A DNA stretch of 48,410 nucleotides from Anaerolineae bacterium. GTDB lineage: Bacteria; Chloroflexota; Anaerolineae; Epilineales; JAANWY01. Location: the NCBI GenBank assembly GCA_046758565.1, contig JBHIAO010000002.1, positions 1 through 48,410 on the forward strand, written 5' to 3'. The translations under genes and the position numbers were made by a program. The notes beneath the pieces are model-generated. The model searched no databases. It worked only from the letters and a program-made list of their open reading frames with translations, and had not been told where the DNA came from. This document shows, piece by piece, positions 1-7,736 of this stretch (position 1 is its first letter; the number at the start of each line of letters is the position of its first letter).

Positions 1-130
1 CGAAATCGCTCACTTCCTTTTCGTTCCCTGTCTCACTGGGGATACTGATCAACTTACGTGAGAGTTCGATGAGATCTTCCTCACGGATGTTGGCCAGGAC
101 TCTATCCCTGACCTCTTTACTAACGGTCAT
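1..130 (-). CDS. M20 family metallopeptidase/deacylase (ArgE/DapE-like), N-terminus only; runs off the window edge
   Basis: Not in the ORF track. Manual translation from ATG at 130 gives MTVSKEVRDRVLANIREEDLIELSRKLISIPSETGNEKEVSDF, and LISIPS-x-x-G-x-E is the typical M20 N-terminal motif. GGAGG RBS lies just upstream. Confidence 0.75.
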   Translation of the reverse strand, partial: MTVSKEVRDRVLANIREEDLIELSRKLISIPSETGNEKEVSDF

Positions 131-383
131 AACGGTTCCTCCCTATGATGATGTTGGTAACGTTCTCCGGGTTGCCAAACTGGCGTGCACACCACACATC
201 GGACGAGACTGACTCTAGATCGCGGCATTTCTGGCGCTGGACAGTCCCGATGACACCGCTGTGGACACTGAGATCGGGCAACTCCTTTTCCTGTTCTAGA
301 TCGATGACATTGATTTCAGCTTTGTTCAAGCGTAGCATAGGCGCGTTGCCAATGACCTCGAAAACGCTGTTGGCAATTTCCAC
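120..383 (-). pseudogene. Internally deleted cysteine synthase (CysK-like) remnant
   Basis: Starts with IANSVFEVIGNAPMLRLNK (CysK-type IGNTPLVRLN) and contains RQFGNPEN (QFxNPxN), but is only 87 aa and lacks the PLP-lysine SVKDR motif. Confidence 0.6.
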
Positions 384-384
384 G

Positions 385-2124
385 TCATGGCACTCCTATT
401 GACTGATTCCCTCGCCTCGCGTCATCCGGGGCAATGTATGGAAACTCGACGGGCTCCTGGTAATAATGGGGCTCACCGGCCTCCTTACGCACCACGATGT
501 TCCTGAGCCAGTTCTCGTTGTCCACCTCAGGGTAGTCGCTCCGATAGTGAGCTCCACGACTCTCCGTACGAATCAGCGCTGCCTGGGCGTAGATTTTGGC
601 CTGCTCTAGCATGCAGTCCAGTTCGATCGTCCAGATCCACTCCCAGTTGAACACCTTCCCGGCGCCAACGCCTACCCGAGGCATGTCTTCGTGGCACAGC
701 CGCTCGATATTATCGATCCCTTCGCGCAGGCTATCGGCATCGCGAACGATGCCGACGTGCCGATACATGATTTGCTGCAACTCGCGAAGTACATCGACGG
801 GACGCAAGTCGCCTTCCCTACGAGGAACCAGGAGCTTGGTAAGACGCCGCATCTCGTCCTTGACCATGCCGTCGCTGACGATGGGATTGGGCCGTTCCGC
901 GAGCGCCGCGTGTCGTCCAGGGATGGCTCCAAAAGCCAGGCATTCGGGCAGTGCGTTGCCGCCGATCCGGTTGGCGCCGTGAATACCGCCGACAACCTCA
1001 CCGGCAGCGTACAGGCCATCGATGTTGGTCTGGGCGTCGGTGTCAATGCGGATACCGGCCATGGTGAAGTGGTAGGTAGGGGCGATCTCGAAGCGATCGG
1101 TATTCACACCCAACTTGGCCGGCCAGATGTACGAGCGCGCGCGGTCTCGGCGTAGCCGGTCCCAGCCCTCGATATTGGTCGCGTCCAACCAAACCCCTCC
1201 GTGCTCCGTTCCGCGTCCCTCAACGATTTCTCGAAAGATGCACTGGGTGAGCACATCGCGCGGCACGTTCTCTTTCTCCACGGGATCGTAGCGCTCCATG
1301 AACCGCTCACCCAGGGCATTGTACATCCGCAAACCGAAGACCCATAAGTTACTAGTCGTGACGATAGTGCCCCGCATGGTTTCCGGCCAGACGAAGGCAG
1401 TAGGGAAAAACTGGTGCATTTCCGGCGCAATCAATTCCGCGCCCGCCCGGTAGGCCATGGCGATGCCATCACCAGTGGAGCCTCGCTCCATGTCATTAAC
1501 CTGGTACATCATGCCAGCACCGCCGGTGGCAAGAATCACGGCCTTCGTTTCGTAGATAACCAACTTGCCCCGATGCAGGTCAATGGCACTGGCGCCCACT
1601 AGCCTGCCGTCATCCACCAACAAGCCCACAACCATCATGTCGCTCTGAGGATGTATCTTAACGTGCTTGTTTACCTCTTTCACGAGCGCATCTTGTACCT
1701 TGCGGCCGGTTCTCTCATCGAAGTGAACGCCGCGATCGTAGCGATGACCTGGGGTTGGGAGCTGGTAGTAATACTTGCCGTCCTCCATACGGTACCAGGG
1801 TACCCCGTACCGCTCCAGATCGTACACGGTCTTGGGCGCCTCATCGGCCAGGATCTTGATCAGGCGCTGATCGCCGAGCCAGTGCCCTTCGACCACCGTG
1901 TCTTCGAAGTGGTACCAGGGCTTGTCGTTGCGGTCGGTGTGGGCCAGGCCGGCGGCGTAGACGACTTCTGCCATGTTGGTCGTCCCGGACCGACCATAGG
2001 CCCCCTTAGAGACCAGCGCCACGTCGGCGCCATATTCCGCCGCCTCGATGGCGGCGCGGCACCCTGCAGCGCCGGTGCCGACGACCAGGACATCTGTCTT
2101 GCGATACCCATCAAGCTCAAGCAT
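385..2124 (-). CDS. FAD-dependent oxidoreductase, SdhA/FrdA/NadB flavoprotein family
   Basis: DVLVVGTGAAG FAD motif, VILATGG, STGDG, PTYHFTMAG, GLYAAGE, HGANRIGGNAL and C-terminal RTESRGAHYRSDYP. Confidence 0.9.
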   Translation of the reverse strand: MLELDGYRKTDVLVVGTGAAGCRAAIEAAEYGADVALVSKGAYGRSGTTNMAEVVYAAGLAHTDRNDKPWYHFEDTVVEGHWLGDQRLIKILADEAPKTVYDLERYGVPWYRMEDGKYYYQLPTPGHRYDRGVHFDERTGRKVQDALVKEVNKHVKIHPQSDMMVVGLLVDDGRLVGASAIDLHRGKLVIYETKAVILATGGAGMMYQVNDMERGSTGDGIAMAYRAGAELIAPEMHQFFPTAFVWPETMRGTIVTTSNLWVFGLRMYNALGERFMERYDPVEKENVPRDVLTQCIFREIVEGRGTEHGGVWLDATNIEGWDRLRRDRARSYIWPAKLGVNTDRFEIAPTYHFTMAGIRIDTDAQTNIDGLYAAGEVVGGIHGANRIGGNALPECLAFGAIPGRHAALAERPNPIVSDGMVKDEMRRLTKLLVPRREGDLRPVDVLRELQQIMYRHVGIVRDADSLREGIDNIERLCHEDMPRVGVGAGKVFNWEWIWTIELDCMLEQAKIYAQAALIRTESRGAHYRSDYPEVDNENWLRNIVVRKEAGEPHYYQEPVEFPYIAPDDARRGNQSIGVP

Positions 2125-2184
2125 ACCACGCTTCCCGGCTTCCCATGATTTGCACTACCTCGTCTTCCAGCCAATCGATGTACA

Positions 2185-2559
2185 TCATGCCTTTTGCTTT
2201 GGTCGATCGAAATCTACGATGAGATCCCGGATGTGCTCGTAGTCCCGCCAGGGCTCGATGACAATTTCGTCGGTTTCAGGCCTGACGGTGTAGAGACACG
2301 TCTTGCTGGCGCGACCATCAATCTGGGCGAAGCAACTATCGCAGACCAGGTCCCGACAGATATGGCGGCGGTAGCCTAACTCCGGGTCTAGCTCATCCTG
2401 GATGTATTCCAGGACATCGAGCACCCGCGTCGCCCGGTGACGCGGCACCGTGTAGATTTGCCAGTACGGCTCGTCGTCTCGCGTTGGGTCGAAGCGAAAG
2501 ACCTTGACCCGTAGTGGTCCCCCAGCGCTAGCCCTTTTCTCCTGGCATTGATTCGCCAT
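2185..2559 (-). CDS. Stand-alone 2Fe-2S protein resembling the SdhB/FrdB N-terminal domain
   Basis: VKVFRFDP...VLDVLEYIQ...C-x4-C-x2-C...C (CRDLVCDSC...KTC)...IRDLIVD. The protein ends before the 4Fe-4S/3Fe-4S domain. Confidence 0.85.
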   Translation of the reverse strand: MANQCQEKRASAGGPLRVKVFRFDPTRDDEPYWQIYTVPRHRATRVLDVLEYIQDELDPELGYRRHICRDLVCDSCFAQIDGRASKTCLYTVRPETDEIVIEPWRDYEHIRDLIVDFDRPKQKA

Positions 2560-2592
2560 GTTTTACTTCTCGTCCGTGAACATATAAATGGA

Positions 2593-3996
2593 TCACGAGG
2601 AGCGACAGAGGTGTGACAACTCTACGGGAATTGTCGAGAAATTGTCGTCACCTTGCTCCGTTCTGACGACGATGTTGCTCAGCCACTCGTTGTCATCCGT
2701 GTCAGGATAATCAGGCCGTACGTGGGCACCGCGGGTTTCTGTGCGCATTTGTGCCGCTTGCACGATAAGCCTGGCGATCTGCAGCATGTTCTCGGTTTCG
2801 ATAAGTTCGATGAGAGCCGCGATTTTGGCCACTGACGCATCTGAGTCAGATATTTGGACGTGAAGTAACGACTCCTCACTTAGTTCGCGGAGGATCCCGG
2901 CAGCCTGTGTCAGACTAGCAGCCGTGCGGACGGGGCCGGCGAATTCACGCACAGCGGAGATAAGCCTCGAATGAATTTGCGCGAGGGACACCCTCTCGCC
3001 TTTGTACCCCTTCTTGCCACGCAACAGTTTGCGCAAACGGAGCAGTTCGTCTTTGACGCCTTCTTCTTTGATACGCGGCACACGTCGTCGAGCCAGTGCC
3101 GCGGAACGGCCGGCCACAGCGCCGAACACCATGGCATCGGTTAGCTCATTCCCAGGCAGCACGCAGGCACCGTGCGTCCCACCCGCCGCCTCTCCAGCGG
3201 CGTAGAGGCCAGGCATATTCGTCTCGCAATGCTCGTTGATGCGAAGGCCCCCCAGGGTGTAGCGATAGGTTTTGCCCCTCTCTGCTGCCGGGTCGAACTG
3301 ATGCAGCTCGGGTGCCACCAGCGCTGCGCCAATGCGGTACCCCAGAGCCATGCCCATCCCCCCGCCTGCTTCGAGTCCGTACAAGGTTCCCACTCCCCCG
3401 GTAGCCAGGATAACGCTGCCGGCCGTGAAAACCAGGACATCTCCCGTCTCCTTCTCGATACCAACAGCCCCTACTACCTCTCCCCGATGCTGAAGCAGCG
3501 TGGAAATGAAGGTATTGTCAACGATGCGGATGCCAACATGCCGGCGGGCTTCTGACACCAGCGCATTGCTCAGCGTCTCGTGAGTGCCGCCGTTGACATG
3601 GAGTCTCCGAGGATAGCGGTGTCCGGGAGCTCCCTGCTGGTCGAAGTACCCGTTCTTTGCTCTGGACCACCGGAGACCGTATCGCTCCAGCTCATGAGCG
3701 TTCCGCAGGGCCTCCCGAGCGAGAATACGAGCCAGGCGTTGATCCCCAATGTACTCCCCGGCACGGACCGTGTCTTCGAAATGGCCTCGCCATGTATCGG
3801 GCCAGTCATCGCGAGGGATCGCCGCAGCGTACGTCACGTCGTCGGCCGGCTGGTGCCCAGCGCCCCCTATCACCCCTTGGTCAACAATGATCACATCTGC
3901 CACGTATTCGACAGCTTCCACAGCGGCGCGACAACCCGCCGGCCCACCGCCGATGACCAGGACATCAGAGAGTAAATACTCGGTAACGTCTAACAC
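2593..3996 (-). CDS. SdhA/FrdA-like flavoprotein lacking the capping domain
   Basis: DVLVIGGGPAG, ILATGG, GLYAAGE and RTETRGAHVRPDYP are present. HQFDP is joined almost directly to TYRYTLGG. GTG start with GGAGG RBS. Confidence 0.85.
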   Translation of the reverse strand: MLDVTEYLLSDVLVIGGGPAGCRAAVEAVEYVADVIIVDQGVIGGAGHQPADDVTYAAAIPRDDWPDTWRGHFEDTVRAGEYIGDQRLARILAREALRNAHELERYGLRWSRAKNGYFDQQGAPGHRYPRRLHVNGGTHETLSNALVSEARRHVGIRIVDNTFISTLLQHRGEVVGAVGIEKETGDVLVFTAGSVILATGGVGTLYGLEAGGGMGMALGYRIGAALVAPELHQFDPAAERGKTYRYTLGGLRINEHCETNMPGLYAAGEAAGGTHGACVLPGNELTDAMVFGAVAGRSAALARRRVPRIKEEGVKDELLRLRKLLRGKKGYKGERVSLAQIHSRLISAVREFAGPVRTAASLTQAAGILRELSEESLLHVQISDSDASVAKIAALIELIETENMLQIARLIVQAAQMRTETRGAHVRPDYPDTDDNEWLSNIVVRTEQGDDNFSTIPVELSHLCRSS

Positions 3997-4026
3997 AGTT
4001 CACAGCCTCCAACGGGCGCTGGTGAG

Positions 4027-4728
4027 TCAGCGGCTGAGATACGCGAGATAGGCCAGGCGGGCGTTGTCAATGTGGGTCTCCATCAAACGACGTGCCTTAT
4101 CCCCGTCGCCTGCCCGTATGGCCTGCATGACTTCAACGTGCTCTTCTACAGCCATGCGAGCACGATCACTAACCACAATGAAGAGATCATCGGGTATTGC
4201 TGCCCGCGCCCACAGGTTCTCCACAATCTCAGGAATGACCGTCATTCGAGAGGCGCCACAAAGCACCTTGTGGAACTCGTAGTTGGCCTTGCGCATATCA
4301 ACGAAGTTTTGGGTATGCATGCCCTGCTCCATCAGGCGCGGCATCACCTCAAAAGCGAGTTTGTCCAGTCGTTCTAACTCGTTTTCTGTGATATTGTTTA
4401 CTGCCTCTTGGACGGCGAGGCCTTCCAGAACTGACCGAACGCGGTAGATTTCCTCCGCCGTCTGACGATCACATACTGACACTCGTGACCCACGATGAGG
4501 AGCATAGGTCACGATTCCCAAAGCTTCTAGCTTGCGCAGCGCCTCGCGCACAGGAGTAGCACTGACGCCAAGCCGCTCAGCCAACTCTTGCTGACCGATG
4601 TGCTCACCTGGGCTTAACCGTCCAGAAATAATGGCTTCCCGCAAGGTTGCACAAACGAGGTCCGGCTTTGTGAGCTGCAGTGCGCTCGCTGTAGGCATCA
4701 TCAGGTCTGGTTCTAAGAAGTTATCCAT
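4027..4728 (-). CDS. GntR family (FadR/FCD-type) transcriptional regulator
   Basis: N-terminal wHTH LREAIISGRLSPG...LAERLGVSATPVREAL. FCD motifs NYEFH and EEHVEV. Confidence 0.92.
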   Translation of the reverse strand: MDNFLEPDLMMPTASALQLTKPDLVCATLREAIISGRLSPGEHIGQQELAERLGVSATPVREALRKLEALGIVTYAPHRGSRVSVCDRQTAEEIYRVRSVLEGLAVQEAVNNITENELERLDKLAFEVMPRLMEQGMHTQNFVDMRKANYEFHKVLCGASRMTVIPEIVENLWARAAIPDDLFIVVSDRARMAVEEHVEVMQAIRAGDGDKARRLMETHIDNARLAYLAYLSR

Positions 4729-4800
4729 TAACGTAACACTCCTTCGAAGAGATCAGGCGGATCGCAACTCTCTCACGAAACAATCCGTTTAGTGCACAGT

Positions 4801-4943
4801 CAATGTCAGTAAGTTAAGCGATCGCTTAGACCTCCGAGGTCTTTGTGATCCCTTGCGCAACAGAAAGTCACTGCAAATACGCCATATTTTGCAGGACGAG
4901 ACACCTGTCCGAAGACCTCGGAGGTCTTAACTTACTGGCATTG
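4801..4943. mobile_element. 143-bp MITE with IS4-like terminal inverted repeats and a 10-bp target-site duplication
   Basis: TIRs CAATGTCAGTAAGTTAAG (4801-4818) and CTTAACTTACTGGCATTG (4926-4943) match at 17/18. The direct repeat AGTGCACAGT flanks it at 4791-4800 and 4944-4953. An internal AGACCTCCGAGGTCT/AGACCTCGGAGGTCT palindrome pair is present. Confidence 0.85.
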
Positions 4944-4953
4944 AGTGCACAGT

Positions 4954-6126
4954 TTACGTCGCTCTGTACAGTGCCGCCTCTATACACTTCAGGGCCTTCT
5001 CGATGTTCTCCACCGAGTTGGCGTATGAGAAGCGCAGGTAACCGTCCCCGTAACGTCCGAAGGACGTGCCACTAAGCACTGCGACGCCGGCGTCTTCCAG
5101 GAGAAATCCTTCCAGCCTCCGCGAGCTCATCCCTGTCCCCTCGATGTTAGGGAAGACGTAGAAGGCTCCTTGTGGCCGCAAGCAGCGGATTCCCGGGATA
5201 GCGTTGAGACCGTTTACGATGACATCTCGGCGCTCCCGAAAGGCAGCCACCATCGCCTCAACCTCATTGGTCGGCCCCTTCAGGGCAGCTACGCCGGCTA
5301 CCTGGGTGAAGGCTGCCGTGCAGGAATTGGAGTTGACCATCAGCGTCGTGATCTGCTCCGCCAAAGGTGTTGGCATGACGCCATACCCCAACCGCCAACC
5401 GGTCATGGCATAGGTCTTGGAGAACCCATCGAGGAGGATGGTCCGCTCCTGCATTCCGGGAAGACTGACTATGCTGCTGTGTTCCCCTTCGTACAAGATC
5501 TGTGAGTACACCTCATCGGAGAGAATCCAGGCATCGTAGGTCTCAGCCATCTCAGCGACGACTTCCAGGTCCTGTCTGTTTAGCATTCCGCCTGTCGGAT
5601 TTTGCGGCGAGTTGAGGATGATCAGCTTCGTTCTGTCTGTCACCAGGCTTCGAAACTCATCCTGATCGAAACGGAACTCCCGCTCCTCCCGCAACGGGAC
5701 GGGAACCGGTGTGGCACCCACGAAGTTGATCATCGACTCGTAGATGGGGAAGCCAGGGTTGGGGTAGATCACCTCGTCGCCCGGCTCGCACATGGCCAGG
5801 ATGGTGAAGAACATGATGGGCTTGGCCCCCGGGGTGACGACTACGTGCTCCGGCCGGGCTGCAACATTGCGGCTGGCCGAGACGTGTGCGGCTATGGCCT
5901 CCCGGAGTTGGGGGATGCCGGCGGCTGGAACGTAGTGGGTATGACCACTCTGCAGCGCCTCGATCGCTGCCCGGATGATGTGACCAGGCGTATCGAAATC
6001 AGGCTCGCCGATTTCCAGATGGATGATCTCCCTTCCCTGAGCTTCCAGAGCCTTGGCTTTCGCCAGTACCTCAAAGGCCGTCTCCGTACCAATGCGACTC
6101 ATTGCCCTAGCAAGTTTCAGGGCCAC
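4954..6126 (-). CDS. PLP-dependent aminotransferase class I/II (aspartate aminotransferase-like)
   Basis: LEIGEPDFDTP, NSPQNPTG, SDEVY, GFSKTYAMTGWRLGY (PLP lysine) and YLRFSYA. Confidence 0.93.
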   Translation of the reverse strand: MALKLARAMSRIGTETAFEVLAKAKALEAQGREIIHLEIGEPDFDTPGHIIRAAIEALQSGHTHYVPAAGIPQLREAIAAHVSASRNVAARPEHVVVTPGAKPIMFFTILAMCEPGDEVIYPNPGFPIYESMINFVGATPVPVPLREEREFRFDQDEFRSLVTDRTKLIILNSPQNPTGGMLNRQDLEVVAEMAETYDAWILSDEVYSQILYEGEHSSIVSLPGMQERTILLDGFSKTYAMTGWRLGYGVMPTPLAEQITTLMVNSNSCTAAFTQVAGVAALKGPTNEVEAMVAAFRERRDVIVNGLNAIPGIRCLRPQGAFYVFPNIEGTGMSSRRLEGFLLEDAGVAVLSGTSFGRYGDGYLRFSYANSVENIEKALKCIEAALYRAT

Positions 6127-6192
6127 AGTCTCTCTCCTCCTTAGTGTCCGTTCAATCGATTATCGAAGCTCCAGCCTTGTTTTTTCGCACCT

Positions 6193-7599
6193 TCACTGTC
6201 TCGCCACTGGCCCGAACAGCTCAGTTGCTTCGTGGATGTTGGGCACGGTCTCCAGCTCCATCAGCGTGCCTAGCAGCCGCCGGCTCCGTTCCGCGCCGAT
6301 CACCGGCTCCGCCAAACCCATAAACTTCTCGGCAAACTCTTCGTCGCTCATGGGGTTGTCTGGTTCACCCCTAGGCACCGCAACATAGTGCGAGTAAGTG
6401 TCGCCGTCGCGCGTGGTGATCTCCACCGTGCAGATCAATCGACCTTCTTCGAAGCACAACGTATCGGCCCGTGGGTCTGTTTCAACCTCTACCAGGTCTT
6501 CTAACCGCTGAACCAACGGATCTTGGAAATGGCGGGGCTGGTACCACCTCGGCCCGGCCGGCGTCTCCAGAAGGGCCATCGCAATTGCGTAAGGCAGGCT
6601 GAACTCGGCCTCCAGCATGGACATTGGTCGCCTGATTCGCCCCAACCCTTCCAGAACCTTGTAGGCCGAGACCCGCACCCGCTCTATGTTCTCTGTTTCC
6701 AGTGAATGTTCTTGCAGGACAGCCCGCACTGCGTCCACGGGAGGGTTCAACCAACGGCAGGAAGGGTAGGGTTTGAAGCCTACTTCACGCAGCCGATACT
6801 CGCTGCCCAGCCCGTTGACAATCTCGTCGTAGACGCAGCGATCACTGCCCAGCGCTGTCCAGAAGCTGGAATCAAGGATCGCGCGCGGCGACGGATAGCC
6901 TTTCGCCGCACGCAGCACAGAGAGTACGCCCAACAACGAACTGAGGGCGAACCCGATCTTGTAACGACCTGTCTTCGGATCGTTTTCGCCCAGGCCATCA
7001 GCCCCCTGAGGCGACCGGGCGCGGCCAGTCAGGCCACGACCGGCAATTCCCAGCACACGGCGGGCAGTGTCAGCGTCGAAGCCTAGCATGTTGGCGCCCG
7101 CCGCGGCCGGGCCGAAAACCAACCAACCCGTGATAGGTCCCTGCCTCAACCGTTCCGCCGACGGACGCACGGCAAGGCCGATGCGCAACGCCACCTCGTA
7201 GCCGGTGACCACGGCGGCTATGAGTGCCTTGCCCGAAGCACCGCTCTTCTCGGCCAGCGCCAACGCCGACTGAATGATGGGCGCACCGGGATGGCTCGAG
7301 GCCCGCAGATACGTGTCGTCGTAGTCCATCACGTTTGCCAGTACGGTGTTGACGAAGGCGGCATGCATCGCGGGCACACGCGTCCCGTCGCCGATAATCG
7401 TCGCTTCCGGCGTTCCTGCCATCTCTTTCACGATCTCCAGATCGTACTGACCGAACTCAGCGGTGACTCCGCCGAAGGCACAGCCGATGCTGTCTAGGAT
7501 AGCGGTTTTCGCCAGGTGTACAACGTCACGCGGCAGACCGTCAAACGCGGTCGTCGAGATATAATCCGCCACGATATCGGTCTTGTAGGGTCCCATCAC
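6193..7599 (-). CDS. MmgE/PrpD family protein
   Basis: AILDSIGC, MDYDDT...HPGA, GYEV, FKPYPSC, FSLPY and RGEPDNPMS. Confidence 0.9.
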   Translation of the reverse strand: MMGPYKTDIVADYISTTAFDGLPRDVVHLAKTAILDSIGCAFGGVTAEFGQYDLEIVKEMAGTPEATIIGDGTRVPAMHAAFVNTVLANVMDYDDTYLRASSHPGAPIIQSALALAEKSGASGKALIAAVVTGYEVALRIGLAVRPSAERLRQGPITGWLVFGPAAAGANMLGFDADTARRVLGIAGRGLTGRARSPQGADGLGENDPKTGRYKIGFALSSLLGVLSVLRAAKGYPSPRAILDSSFWTALGSDRCVYDEIVNGLGSEYRLREVGFKPYPSCRWLNPPVDAVRAVLQEHSLETENIERVRVSAYKVLEGLGRIRRPMSMLEAEFSLPYAIAMALLETPAGPRWYQPRHFQDPLVQRLEDLVEVETDPRADTLCFEEGRLICTVEITTRDGDTYSHYVAVPRGEPDNPMSDEEFAEKFMGLAEPVIGAERSRRLLGTLMELETVPNIHEATELFGPVARQ

Positions 7600-7736
7600 T
7601 TCTCTCCTTCGCCTTATGCCAGCAGGATGCCGGCAACGGTCAGTGCTTTGGCTTGGTCCTGGACAGCCGCTGCAGCAGGGCAGCGCGACTGGCTACTTTG
7701 TGTCCTCTTTCAACTCCCTGCCATGCGGTCACCAGT

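Noticed and set aside
385-3996. Respiratory succinate dehydrogenase/fumarate reductase (sdhAB)
   Set aside because: There is no covalent-FAD His, the dicarboxylate residues are altered, the B subunit is truncated and no membrane anchors are present, so gene symbols were withheld.
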